DNA of 64,000 nucleotides from Eledone cirrhosa (lineage: Eukaryota): contig CAXHJY010001304.1 of NCBI GenBank assembly GCA_964016885.1, positions 1 to 64,000 on the forward strand, given 5' to 3'. Positions 41,980-55,612 of the stretch are shown here, piece by piece. Within the stretch, counting starts at the first letter, position 1, and each line of letters opens with the position of its first letter. The notes under the pieces are model-generated. The model made no database searches, had not been told where the DNA came from, and saw only the letters and a program-made list of their open reading frames with translations. The position numbers and the translations under genes are program-made.

Positions 41980-44900
41980 TCAGGCCATACTTGCTTCTCT
42001 CACCCATCTTTCAACAAAATGCTGGGAAGAGAGCACTTCCCTCTCTACCCTGATTTTCCTTTTCAAATGAAATTTGAAAAAGTTAATCAGGGCATCACCG
42101 AAGAGGTAAGTGCTCGTCTTCAGCCCTTTCAAACGTGTCCACCATATTATCTCTTTCGCCATGGCCACCAGACAGATAAAAACTGCCTGCCCTTCCCGGC
42201 TAAAAGAAGAGGGCGGGGCAATCCTCACGATGGACTCAGCTGATAACTGGATCCGTCCTACACGTGACAGCAGGTGTTCGACATAAACCCACAAGTCAGC
42301 AATGCTCGGACACTGAACAAGTGCGTGCAGAACGGTTTCGTCACCCTGCACACATCTCGGACATGCCCGGCTGACGGCACCTCCATGCCTGTAGAGTTTA
42401 TCCCGAACTGGCAAAGCTCCTCGGTAGCACTGCCAGGCCAGGGATTTCTGGAAGTTGTCCATAGGCCCCGGCCCGAAAGTCGTTCCGAAGAGATTGGCTA
42501 GTTGATTTTCGTCGACGCCTAGAGTTTCTCCAAGTACGTCGTCGCTCTTCCCCTCCACTAATCCTCTATAGAACGCCAAGGTGAAGTTTCCACCGATCAC
42601 ATTGCCCGATTGGTCGAGGGCTATGAGCGCCTGAAAACATTCCAGTCGCCAAGCGCTCCCTCTCGGTCTTCGCTTGACCCAGGACTGCAGCTCCGTCAAG
42701 GAGATGAGCTGGGGAAAGACGTGTCTAGCAAACGGCGACCACACCTGATCACCGTCGAGGAAGAGGTGGAGATGTCATAGCCTGAGCGCGTGTCTGCGCA
42801 TCATCAGTCACGGCATGCCCAGCCCTCCACGTAGCGGGTGTTGACAGCAGATGGACAGCCTGACCATCGGAGTGCGTCCCTTCCACAAAAAGCGAAAGAG
42901 TAAGCGCAGTCAGGCGGAGCTTAGGACAAGGTACGACGGTCAGGCAGTAGTAGATGACGGACACGATGTACGTGTTGGCCACCTCCGCTCGACCTTTCAG
43001 GGATAGCTTCCTCTCCGCCCATTTCTGGGTGAGAGAAGCCACCCTGCTCGTCACCTCGTCCCAGTTTTTGTCCATCTGGAGGTCCGGACCGAACCAGACC
43101 CCTAGCAATTTAACCGGTCCGTCCATCCAGCGCCCGACGACGCTGTTGGACGGCATGGACCTGCCTCTCCAGGTGCCGAGCTGCAGGCCCACTGACTTTT
43201 CCTGGATGATCATTGCTCCTGTCACCACTTCGTATTCTCTTAATGTAGTGCCGATCGCCTCAATGTATTTGGCGTTCGACACCACTACGGTGACATCGTC
43301 CGCATATGCTGACATGGATCTTCCGCATCCTAGTTCGCGCGGGACCCCCCTCAATGTCTCCAGTTTGTGCAGTAATGACTCGAGAGTCAATACGTACAAG
43401 AGGGACGAGAGGGGACATTCTTTATGGACCGAGCGCAAGATGTTGAATGGTTCCAAAAGGTGACCGTTCACTCTCATCACAGAGCAGATGTCGCTGTGCA
43501 TGGCAGCGATCCAGCCTCTGAAGACGGGCCCAAAGCCAGCCGCCCTCAGAACTGCCGCTAGGTAACGATGGTCGACCCTATCGAAAGCTTTCGACTGATC
43601 TAAATTGATCAAGGACCCACCCGTACCAGGTTCCCTAGCTACCCTCTCTACGATGTATCGCATGAGGTGGAGGTTGTCATGGATGGATCTGTCGGGAATG
43701 GCGCACGTCTGCGCTTCTCCCACCAGACCACCAACGACAAGCGCCAACCTCTTTACTAGCACCTTGGCCAAAATCTTGAACTCTGTGTTTAGCAGAGTTA
43801 TGGGTCTGAAATTATCTATGTTATCCCCCTTGTTCGGATCCTTTCTCAGCAGCGCCACAGCTCTTCGGCTCACAGAGCTGGGAATTATCCAACTCTGTTG
43901 CCAGTTGCAGTAGACGTCCGCCAAGAGGCCTCCGAACAAGTCTGGCATCTGTACATAAAGTTCATAGGTTAGACCATCCAAACCAGGCGATTTACCCCTT
44001 GTGCAGCCAGTCATTGCCTCCCGTACTTCAGAGGCGGTTATCGGTTTTTCGCAATACTCCGCCTCAGTGGCCGAGAACCGCGGCAGTCCATCGAGGTAGA
44101 CACTAAAGTCCATCCCTCGATCCGGCCCGCCGCTGCCACCGAACAGCTGTGCGAAGTGTCGCTGGAAAGCTTCACACATTTGCCCCGGATCGAGTAGCAT
44201 GCGCCCATCATGGTCCACCAAAGACCGGATCGTGGCTTTGTTGCCACGATGCGCCTCCGCCACTCTGGCCCATTGAACGGCTTTCGTCCCCTCATGTCTG
44301 AGAGCACGCACCCTAGCTCTGACAACGCAGCCTTCGTGCTTTGCATTGAAGAATTGGTCAAGGGCCAATTTTGCCGCAAGTACATCGGTCGCGATGCCTT
44401 TGCTAAGCGCCTCGTCTAATTTCCTAACTAGTTCTCCCTCTGCTCTATTTTTCTCTATAGCTAAAGCCTTACTAAACCTAATAGACTCTATTCTAATCGC
44501 TCTTTTCAGAGCAAACCACCACTTGTTGTTGACGATGGCCCCCGTCAATGCCCGCTTAACTAGTTCGCTAATCCAGTCTCTGTAGACCTTGCGCGCTGGT
44601 AAGGACGCATTTAGCTTCCAGTAGCCGAGTCCTCGTCTATGAAGGCTATCTAAGTCAAGCACACAGTTCACGAATTTGTGGTCCGTGTAGCTGACTATCT
44701 TGAATTGTGGACAGCATATGCTAGACCTATCTATTTCCCTACAAAATACTCTATCTAGATATGATCTGGATGACCCTATGGGATTTGACCAAGTCCACAT
44801 TGGCACATTCGGGAAATCCGATCGGTACCTGTCAGACAGTTCAAAACGCCTGAGCAGGTTGGTGAGGCTTCTTGCACCCTCCTCCCCTATCCGCTAATCC

Positions 44901-45358
44901 CACACAGTCCCAGTGTGCATCTAAGATCCCGTTCCAGTCGCCCACTAACACTAAAGAACGGGACGTTCCAAGAAAGGTCTCCAGACGCCGGAAGAAATCA
45001 GGCCGTCCTGCTCCTGTCGGGGCATAGACGGCCACTAGCCTGAAAGCTTGCCCGTCTCTGCTGGTCACGTCCAGCACCACCAACTTACCTTCTGGATCCA
45101 GGAAGATGGCCCGTATGGCGAGATCCAAACCCCTCCGAAAAAGCACAGCAACTCCTCCCCCCAATCCAGGGCGGCTGGGAGATGCGTATACATCGTAGCC
45201 GCCGAAGATCGGTACGAAGGCCCATGCTTCGGAGATTCTGGTCTCACTGATGGCCACTACATCTATGTTTAGTGACCTGAGGCCGTTGAGCAGTGGCCCT
45301 GCTTCCATGACGACCCCAAGCCACGGGCATTTATGCTGCCTATTCTGAGTGAGGTCAT
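41980..45358 (-). pseudogene. Tx1-type ORF2: APE endonuclease, RT and C-terminal zinc motif, with frameshifts and stops
   Basis: MTSLRIGSINARGL, VAISETR, VAVYAP, GDWN, SYLDRVF, TDHK, KSPGLDG, FRPITLL, LDQSKAFDRVDH, AYADD, CPRC..ETVLHALVQC. Confidence 0.9.
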
Positions 45359-45397
45359 GTTGAAATGGAGTTTAAAAGATGGGAAAGACCACTTACC

Positions 45398-46854
45398 TTA
45401 CTTCTCGTAGAGGAAGAATGGTTTCTCCATTCTTTTCACTGCTTGTGGCCTCCTCCAGAAGGATGTCCTTATAAATCCTCCTGGAGAGTGTTTGTCGGAA
45501 GTCTTCGATGTCTTTGGGGAATTTTTATTTTTGTTGTGGTGTACGTTTTCTGTGTGATGCGAGTGATTTGTATGTGTGGAGGTGGTATGAACTTTTGGGT
45601 TGTTGTGTAGTCTTTTTCTGTGATGCTGGTGTTGTGTTGGATGTAGTGTAATAATTGGTTGTTGTTCAAATTTAATGCTGTGTAGTGTGTATCGTTTTGG
45701 TTGTTTTGTTTTGTTTGTGTTTGTTGTGGGTTTGTTTCTGTTTCGCTTTTTGGTGACTTTTGTGGTGTTGGTGATGGTGGTGTTGGGGTTAATGATGGTG
45801 ATGGTGTTGGTGTTTGTGGTGATGGGGTTGGTGATGCTGGTGATGGGGTTGGATGGTGGCATATCTGTCCTAACTTTTTTGTTTGATAGTTTATTTGTTT
45901 CCCTCTGTATTTTGTTTTTGGAGGGGGAGGGAAGAGAATTTTTTCTTTTTTGGTTTCTTTTTTTCTTTTTTCTTAATACCGTTTCCCACTCCTCGTAGTC
46001 ACAATCTGTCTCCAGTTGTGATAGGCTGGGGAGTGGAAAATCCTCCACAGGCGTTGGTTTTGGTTGTGGCGTGGTGGATGGTGTAGGCGCTGGTGCTAGT
46101 TATGGCGCGTTGGGTGGTGGTGTGAAGTCGTCACTTCTTAATGGGGCCATGGAGTGTTCTCTGGCCCCTGTGGTGTTTCAAAGAACACGTCCACGGTTCC
46201 ATATTTCTGCCCACGTCTGATATGAGGTTTTTTTGCCCACACATGTCCCAAAGCTTTTTGGATTTGGGACTCGGATGCCCATTCCACTCGGCGCGATTTT
46301 ATGTTAATCGTCCGATAAGACACGATGCATAGGCGCCAATGCTCCATTTTATTAGGTGGGTGGGGGGTGAGACTGACTCTGTACTCAGCTTTCTTTACCA
46401 TTTTTTTGGCTTCTTCTAATTCCTCCCGAGTTACCTGGAATGCTTCACACTGTTTTGCTACTCTGGCAAAACTCAGGGTGGTTTTCTTAATTTCAATGTT
46501 GCTGTTGTTGTTATCGTTATTTTTGTTAGTGTTAATTTTAGTTTCAGTTGTGGTGGTGGTGGTGGCGTCAGTGGTGTTCGGTGTGGAAGAGTTCATTTTG
46601 GTTGAATTCATTTCGATATCACGAGTTAATTTATTTTTTTCTTTTGTTTCTGTTTTCGCTGTGGTGGTGGGGGGGGGGGGGGCTTTAACACCTGCAGTCA
46701 TTGGTAATGGCGGGAAATGAATGTCTGCCTGAAACAAATTTAAAATATTGCTACTGCTTATATTTTTAGTGTTGGCAAACGTAGTAATATTTACAATGGT
46801 GGTGTCGGTGTGAGGTGTTAGTTTGTGAGGAAAGTGTAACTCTGAGTTGTCCAT
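45398..46854 (-). pseudogene. Tx1-type ORF1, disrupted, rich in T/N/K low-complexity sequence
   Basis: Lies upstream of ORF2; SFARVAK motif and EWETVLRKKKKR basic motif typical of L1/Tx1 ORF1; split into 238-aa and 216-aa pieces. Confidence 0.65.
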
Positions 46855-47069
46855 GATTTTTCAAAGAAAAATCTTTGTTTGATAATTATAAAAGTTTAAA
46901 ATTTTGGGCTCAAGGCCCCAATCTTTTTGAGTGTCCTTTTCAGAAAACAATGTATGTGCACTTATATACAGTTAACAATAAAAATTTTCCATAAATGGCA
47001 ATTTTAAACAACTGAAAATAACAAACCTTTGCGGAGCTCACGATAATACAATTTACTACGTAGGTCGCC

Positions 47070-47147
<78 letters not shown>

Positions 47148-47153
47148 AAGAAG
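47070..47153. repeat. (AAT)n(AAG)n: right flank of the Tx1 element
   Basis: Read directly from the sequence. Confidence 0.95.
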
Positions 47154-48126
47154 GGAAGAAGACGCACGAGGTGGTAGAAGGTCATGAAATCGCTCCCGTA
47201 AGTTTTTGATTTTTAACATATTTAAATCAATTGTGAAATAACAATTCTTAGTACAAATGGTGTATAAATGAGGTCCCATAAAGTTTCGGATCCATATTAT
47301 ATTGTTGTATCGCTCAAATATTCAACTTTGTATTATATATTTTGTATTAAAAAAAAGAAAATGGTTATAAATGGAAGAAAACACCCTCTGTCTACACTAT
47401 ATAGAACAGCCAAATAACAGCAATTTCACCAACACCAGAAACTTGATACACCACCTATCCCATCACACTAAATATAACAGCCAGATAACGGCAATTTCAC
47501 CACCACCACCATCAATCCCAGCATCATAATAATAATTACTATTATTATTGTCTCAAATTTTAACAAAATGTTTAATTCCAATTTTACGGGAATATGTCAA
47601 CACAATATATATTAAACATACGAACACAAACTCATAGATACTACATATCAGTAACCACAACGCCACCGCTGCCACCACCCCACCCCATCCATCATTGCTA
47701 CCACTATCCCATCGCCGCCGCCACCACTCCTTCATTGTTACCACCACTATTCCCCTGTTAACTTGAGAGAGAAAGGGGAAGGTGGCGGTATCACTAGACA
47801 AGGGAGAGGCTAGCAAAAGATATAAATAGATTGACTTAGTGACCTGGCCACCGGCCAAACGTCAACATCAACAACTATGGGACTACTGGCTCACCCCTTC
47901 CTCACCAACAATATAAAAAGCCCCGGCACCACCACCGACATAGCCAACAACAATAACAGGCAACTACTGCAAAAAGTATATTATATTATTGTAATGCACT
48001 GGGTGATTGCTGGCCTTGTGCCTGGAGTGGAGACAATTATTAATAATTTCATTCTTAAGCCACGCAATGCTCACATTAAGGAACCACTCATGATAATAAC
48101 AATTTAAAAAAACAACAAAAAGAAAA

Positions 48127-51100
48127 CCCCGTGACCAAGAAATACCGGGATGGCGGCCGGCGGGGAATAGCCGTGTCTCTAGGGGAGAACGACCCCTCTA
48201 GTCTTGGTTGACACTCGTTCTAGAAGTGGTAACACGAAATGATTACCCCTTGGCGGATAAGGATAAAACGCGACAAAATAAAGTAAATGTCTAATGATAA
48301 AATCTCATACCGGATCGGCCGTCACCCGGGTAAAAAAGGGCCGCGTCCCTCAGAGAGGAACCAGACCTGGGGTCGAAAAATCAGCTAATGGTTCAAACCT
48401 TCCCATCACTTCGGAGCTGGAGACCTCCCATAACCGGAATACTCCTACTGTTGGCCCTCCAAGCTCACCACCAAGAAATCAAAAGAAAAAGAGAGAAAAA
48501 TGGTCAAGGGAAGATAATAAAGAAGTTCTTGAGGCTTTCTACACTGCCATGTACTACCCATCAAATACATCGAATACAGAACAGACATATATCAACTGGA
48601 AAAAGAAACATCCCGAAAACAGAGGCTATATTGACAGTAACAAACTAGCCAATATACGAAGAAATATTGTAAGAAAAAAGTTACTAACTGATATAGAAAT
48701 TGATCAGATCAAGCTATTAGCACAAAGTCAGCGAAGGGAAAATGAAACATGTGTCAGTGAAAACGAGGTAAACTGTAACACTTCGAATCCCAGGGTTGGG
48801 GCGGAATCACTGGCAACAGAACAAATTAAAGAAAGGATCGAAAAAGTGGGGGGAGTGCATGCTCAGGATGAAACTCCAAATGAAAATAATGAGATCGTAA
48901 ATGATAAAGAAATGAATGAGAATGAACTTGCCAACTTGAAGGATGAAATTATGATCGAATGGATGAAAATGAATGAATCTGACATGGGGCAACGAGACAC
49001 CCTCCCTAAGATCCAAAACTCCAAACAGAACCAAAAGATAATACACAAGACTAACATAATTCTCAAAAACATTATCATCACAAACAAACTAAACATTACT
49101 GATTTAAATCATCTCTATTATGCATCGGCTAAAGTCACCACTCACTTATGTGGAGTGAAGATGAAAAAACAAAGGAATTCCCACAAGAAATCTACTTGGC
49201 AAGAGAACATCAATCGCCAAATAAACCTTCTCCGATCTGACATAGAAATTTTAACAAACTATAAAGTAGGTGAACATGTTAAACAAACTAAACTTAGAAA
49301 ATTGAAAAAAAAGTACAGTATAAAATCAACATGTGACATAGACATGCTGATAGAAATAATCAAGCAAAAAGTGTCGGCCAAAGCTGCTCGTATAAGGCGC
49401 TTTGAAAAACGATCTAGATTCTATAAGGACAATAATATGTTCAAAAACAATCAAAGAAACTTCTACAGAAAAATTGGTAAGTCAACAATAACTGCTAAAT
49501 CTATACCACCCAAGGAGGAAGTGCAAGAATTCTGGGAAAAGATCTGGGCCGAAGAAAAAGTTAATAACATACATGCCCCATGGATAGACAGACAAATGAA
49601 AGATACAGCTCACCTTGAGGAACAAATATGGGAAAATATAACAGTTGAACAGTTGCGCTTGGCTCTAAGAAAAACCAGCAAATGGAAATCCCCAGGAAAA
49701 GACAAAATACAAAACTTTTGGATAAATGCCTTCACAGAGTCTCATGAGCTGTTAGCCCAACTTTACAATGAAATAGTTAAGGAGCCAGAAAAGATACCAT
49801 CATGGCTAGTTAACGGCATTACATTCCTGCTTCCGAAGAATGATGAGACAAACAATCCCAAAAATTACAGACCGATAACTTGCTTGACCACAATGTATAA
49901 AATTTTAACATCAGTCCTAACTGAATACACATATGACCACCTGATAACAAATGACCTATTTCCCATTGAGCAGAAAGGGTGTAAACGAGGCTCATATGGC
50001 TGTAAGGATCAGCTTCTGGTTAACAAAATAATACTGGAAGATTGTCATAATAGACACAAAAATCTATCGATTGCTTGGATAGATTATAAAAAAGCATTCG
50101 ATAGTTTGCCACACAGTTGGATTGAAAAGTGTTTAGAGATTTTCAAAATATCCCCCGTTGTCAGGAGGTTTTTGTCATTCAGTATGAAGACATGGAAAAC
50201 GACACTCCTTTTGAATAGTGAAACAAAATCACTGGAAGCTGGAGAAGTTAATATTAATTGTGGAATTTTTCAGGGTGACTCTTTATCACCGCTTTTATTC
50301 TGCATCGCACTTATACCATTAAGTAAAATGCTCAATGAAACAAAACATGGATATAAAGTCTATGACAAAACCATTAATCACCTGTTCTACATGGATGACC
50401 TGAAACTATTTGCAAAAAATGATGAACAATTGCAAGGGCTATTATCCACTGTGGAGCAGTTCAGTGATGACATTAAAATGGAGTTTGGACTAGATAAATG
50501 CGCCAAAGCAACGTTCACCAGAGGAAAGCTGCTGAAGAGTTCAGACATTAATCTTGATCGGGGGAACGTGATAAGAGAACTTGATCAAGAAAAAACTTAC
50601 AAATATCTAGGTGTTTGTGAAGGAGACGGAATGAAGCACTCGACAATGAGGGAAAGGATAAGGAAGGAATGTTACCGCAGAGTAAGAGCAATCTTAAGAA
50701 CGGAATTGAATGCAAGGAATAGGATCGATGCCATAAACACGCTTGCTATACCAGTAGTAACCTACAGTTACAATGTCATCAACTGGTCAAGCACAGAGAT
50801 CCGTAGGCTCGATACAAAAATTCGAAAATTCTTAACCATGCACAGAATGCATCACCCTAAGGCAGATATAGATAGAATATATCTCCCCAGGAAAGAAGGA
50901 GGACGTGGGTTAATCCAGTTAGACATTGCGTTGAAAACTGCAACAATTGGATTATCTACATATCTAAGGGAATCACATGATTGGATGATCAAACTCGTTT
51001 TGAAACACGAAAGCATCAAAAGATCATATTCCATTACAAAAGATGCACAAAGATACAGTAATGGACTACAAATTTCAGAAGTCCCATTTACTGCTGAAAT

Positions 51101-52107
51101 GGAAAACACAGAAAAAGCAAAGCAGGTAAAAGTAACTGCAAAGAAAGAACTGCTACAGAAACTGGCTAAGAAATGGCAAGAAAAGCCTCTGTATAGAAAA
51201 TACCCAGAGCGAGCTAACAATCCTGATGTTGACAAAACTTTAACCCATCAGTGGTTGGCATCCTCTGGACTGAAATCGGAGACTGAAGGACTGATTATAT
51301 CAGCACAAGATCAGTGTCTGCCAACAAAAAATTACCAAGCCAACATAATAAAAAATGGGTGCAGCCCATTATGCCGTGTATGCAAAAAATAACCAGAGAC
51401 CATTGACCATATAATTTCAATGTGCAGTCCTATAGCTCCAACCGAATACCTAAACAGGCATGACAGAGCTGCACAATACATACATTGGATAATGTGTAAG
51501 CATTTTGACCTGCCCCATCAAAAGAATTGGTGGGAGCATCAACCACCTCCCATACTTGAAAAAGATCACATCTCAATCTTGTGGAACTTTAGCATCCAAA
51601 CAGACCAAAAAATAGATGCAAATAGACCTGATATAATATTGAAGGACTTTCAAAAGCGGGTATGCCTGCTAATTGATATGTCTGTTCCAATAGACAAGAA
51701 TGTATCTATAAAAACATTTGAAAAATTGAGCAAGTATAAGGACCTGGAGATAGAAATTGGAAAAATGTGGAAATTGAGAACTAAAACAATACCAGTGGTT
51801 GTAGGCGCTCTGGGAATGATACCTAAGGGGTCTAATGATTACTTATCGCAAATCCCAGGAAACCCGCATATAGGAGAAATACAAAAGATAGTACTAATGG
51901 GAACTGCCCATATACTAAGGAAGATTCTGTCAATATAAGTACATCCCAAGTCTAAACACTAAAGATGCATGTGTGAATATGTATGTTCTTTCTTGAACAT
52001 GGCGGACCTTGTTGTCTCTTGAGGTCACTGGTTGTGACTTGGTGATAACTCATATGAACATAAAGCAAGATAAATGCAACTGTAATAATAATAATAATAA
52101 TAATAAT
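48127..52107 (+). mobile_element. Near-intact R4/Dong-clade non-LTR retrotransposon with (TAA)n 3' end
   Basis: GC-rich structured 5' leader, one long reading frame, short 3' UTR, (TAA)n at 52083-52107. Confidence 0.9.
48294..51938 (+). CDS. R4-clade RT/RLE polyprotein (1214 codons) with one in-frame TAA at 51390-51392
   Basis: The 1032-aa and 172-aa ORFs share a frame. Motifs KWSREDN, WKSPGKDKI, YRPITCL, WIDYKKAFDS, GIFQGDSLSP, FYMDDLKL, CRVC..ETIDHIISMC, RHD, NRPDI, IDMSVP, EKLSKY. Confidence 0.9.
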
Positions 52108-55100
52108 TCACCAATCCTCGATAAGAGTGTTTCAATGTCGAACCTAAACAGTTCGAATAACGGTGAAGTGGAGACTGGAATGTCATGTGACAGACTCTCA
52201 CCCAGCAGGTGCTCCCTGGCTCAGCAGCAGGCTGTCAACCAAATACTGCTGGTGTCGGAGGAAGAAGAAGGAAAGGGACCAGAACCAACTGGACGAAAGA
52301 ATTGAATAGAACTGTTATGAAATGTTACCTGAAGAGTAACCCCAAGGAAAAAGGCTATAGGAAACGGATGCATAACATCTGGAACGAGATTGGTCTATTT
52401 AAATTAGATGAACAAAATTTGGCTGGGCAGGCTCGGGTAATAAGAACTAATGGGTGGATAAGCGAGCTGAAACTGGAGGAACTGAGCAGAGAGATTAGGT
52501 TGGAAATGGAGAGTGGAGTATGCCAGGCAAATGAGCCAATTGGAAATGAAGGTGAAGATGTTGAGAGAACGGAGGAACCATCCGAAGCAGACAATGATCT
52601 GAATGCTGAAATAAATAATACCTGGAACAAAGATACGGCCATTGAGGAGATGAATGCTGACGGGCTAGGACAAGATTTGGTTGATATCCTAAACTTAGTG
52701 GTAGATGAAATGAACAATGATAGTGGGAAACCTATGAACCTAAGATTTGTAGACAGGAAAAAGTTAAAAGAAACAACAGCTAAGGTAAACAAAGTCATCC
52801 CATACCTTGAGGCGAGGAGCCTTCACCAGTGCAACAATATCCTCAAAGCAACACAAATGCGGTGAGGAAATTACTTGGCATAAAAGCGAGAGGAAACAAC
52901 AAACAAGAAAGATCAGAACCTTGGTGGAAGAAACGACTGAATGGTCAAATCAGGGAAATGAGAAATGACATTGGAAAGCTTGAGTCCCTACTGAATGGGA
53001 CACTAAAAAACATAGACACTAAAAATAGACTGGAAATAAAGTACAAAACTAGGAGGAAAAGGCTAAATATTATCATAGAGGAACTGAAGCAATGCATTGT
53101 AGCAAAGAGTGTAAAAATTAGGCGATACAAGAGCAGAGTCAGTCAGTATAGACAGAACCGCATGTTTGACAACAACCAGAAGATGTTGTTTGGACAGCTT
53201 GAAGGGAAAGAAAGAGGCAACAACTTGATCCCTGAGGCGGAACAAACTAAGATATTCTGGAGAAGAATATGGGAGCAGGATGTTAAACATAATGACCAGG
53301 CAGTGTGGATTGAGACAGTACAAAAGGAGATTAGTGAACAGGCACACCAACAAACTGATTTGAGTATCACAGTTGAAACTCTCAAGGGGCAGGCCAAAAA
53401 ACTAACCAACTGGAAATCACCAGGCCCTGATGGTGTGCAGGGGTATTGGATTAAAAATGTAACATCCCTCCACCCGAAACTGACAACCATGTTTAATGAC
53501 TGCTTGATGTCAGGTGAGGTACCAGAGTGGTTGACAAAAGGTTCCACAGTTCTGGTACTGAAAGACCGAATCAAGGGTAATGATGTTACCAACTATAGAC
53601 CTATCACATGTCTGTCCGTAATGTGGAAACTGTTGACAAGCATTGTGTCTGAGGAAATCTACCATCACCTCCACACAAACAACTTGTTACCGGACGAACA
53701 GAAAGGATGCCGAAAGAAGTCCTGTGGTACAAAGGACCAGTTACTTATTGATAAGATGGTAATGAGGAATTGCAAGAGGAGACACACTGGTCTTGCCATG
53801 GGATGGATAGACTACAAAAAGGCATTTGACATGGTACCTCATTCTTGGATCACCAAAAGCCGAGAAATCTTCAAGGTAGCAGATAACATCAGACAGTGGT
53901 TGAGCAAAAGTATGAAGTCCTGGGAAACAGAGTTAACATCGGGTGGGGAATCCTTGGGAGGCGTGAATATCAAGAGAGGTATCTTCCAGGGAGATAGTTT
54001 GTCCCCTCTGCTGTTTGTCCTTGCCCTGATACCCTTCACCGTTATATTGCGAAAAGTGAGAGCAGGATACAAGTTGGGAAAAGGAGAGCTTACCATCAAC
54101 CACCACCTCTTCATGGACGATCTTAAACTCTTTGGGAAGAGTGAGAAGGAGTTGGATGTGCTTGTTGACACTGTCTGTATTTTCAGCAATGATATATGTA
54201 TGGAATTTGGTATTAATAAGTATGGAGTCCTAGTGATGAAGAGAGGTAAATTGAGCAGAAGCAATGGAATCCAGCTACCAACAGGTGAGATGATAAAGGA
54301 AATTGACACTGAAGAGGGATACAAATATTTAGGTGTTCTGGAGGCAGATGACATCAAGAACAAAAAAAGGAAGGAATTGATAAGATCTGAGTACATAAGG
54401 AGAGTAAGGAGAATATTAAAATCACATCTAAATAGTAGGAATGTCATAGGTGCAGTAAATTCCCGAGCTGTGTCTATTATTAGGTACAGTGCAGGAATTC
54501 TGAAATGGAATGTTGCTGAACAAAAAGAAATGGATAGAAAGACTAAGAAGCTATTGGCTATCTACAACATGTTCCACAAGAGGAATGATGTCGATAGACT
54601 CTACTTAAAGAAATCTGAAGGTGGAAGAGGTCTTATCAGCATAGAGGACTGTGTTCAGATGGAGCAAAACAGCCTGCACAAATATGTGACTGACAGTAGG
54701 GAGCCAATGCTCAAAATTGTAATTGTACTGAAGAAGACAATAGACCAGGGGATGTCCAAGGAGGAAGAACAACCTTCATGAAAAATCCCTTCATAGTACC
54801 TTCTTTAAGAAAACTGAATTTAGAGATCCACAGACATGGAACTGGTTAAAAAGAAGAGACCTTAAAAAAGCTACAGAAGGAATGCTAATGGCTGTGCAAG
54901 AGCAAGCCCTCAGAACGAAGTGGGTGAAACACAATATTGACAAGGAGGAGGCTAGCTCACTGTGTAGGATCTGTGGAGAGAGAGAGGAGACTGTGGCTCA
55001 CATTGTATCCGAGTGTAAACACCTAGCACAGACTCACTATAAAGGCTGGAGACATGATGTGATAGGTAGGGTGATCCACTGGCATCTATGCAAAGTAAAC

Positions 55101-55612
55101 AATTTACCACATTCGGAGAAGTGGTATGAGCATAAGCCAGAGTTGGTGATAGAAAACGATCAGGTGAAGGTGCTATGGGATTTTAGGATACAGACGGACA
55201 AGAAATTAGAACACAATAGGCCTGATCTGGTGGTTTTGGACAAGGAAAAAAGGTGCCGGATTGTAGATGTAGCCTGCCCATTTGACACGAGAGTGCAAGA
55301 AAAGGAGAGGAAGAAAATTAACCGATACCAGGATTTAAAGTGGGAGTTAAAAAGGATTTGGAACTATCATGAAATCAAGGTCGTCCCGATTGTCATAGGC
55401 GCACTAGGTACTATCTTAAAGAGTTTCCAAGGATGGTTAAAGAAGATTAGTCCAGCCCCACTTTTTGGAACATTTCAAAAGCCATGCTTGCTGGGAACAG
55501 CAATAACCCTCCAATACGTCCTGAATATCTGAGGCTGCAGGTAGCGACTTGATATTCATTTTAACAAACTTTCCAGTTAAATAACATCAAAGAACAATAA
55601 TAATAATAATAA
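52108..55612 (+). mobile_element. Second R4/Dong-clade element (different family), frameshifted, with (AAT)n end
   Basis: WTKELNRTVMKCYLKSNPKEKGYRKRMHNIW, WKSPGPDG, GIFQGDSLSP, FMDDLKL, CRIC..ETVAHIVSEC, NRPDLV, VDVACPFD. Breaks near 52250, 52855 and 54780. Confidence 0.9.

Larger units (their letters stand above)
41702..47069 (-). mobile_element. Full-length Tx1/L1-clade non-LTR retrotransposon (ORF1 and ORF2, both disrupted)
   Basis: 5' UTR, ORF1 and ORF2 in order; AATAAA near the 3' end; (AAT)n at both junctions. Confidence 0.88.
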
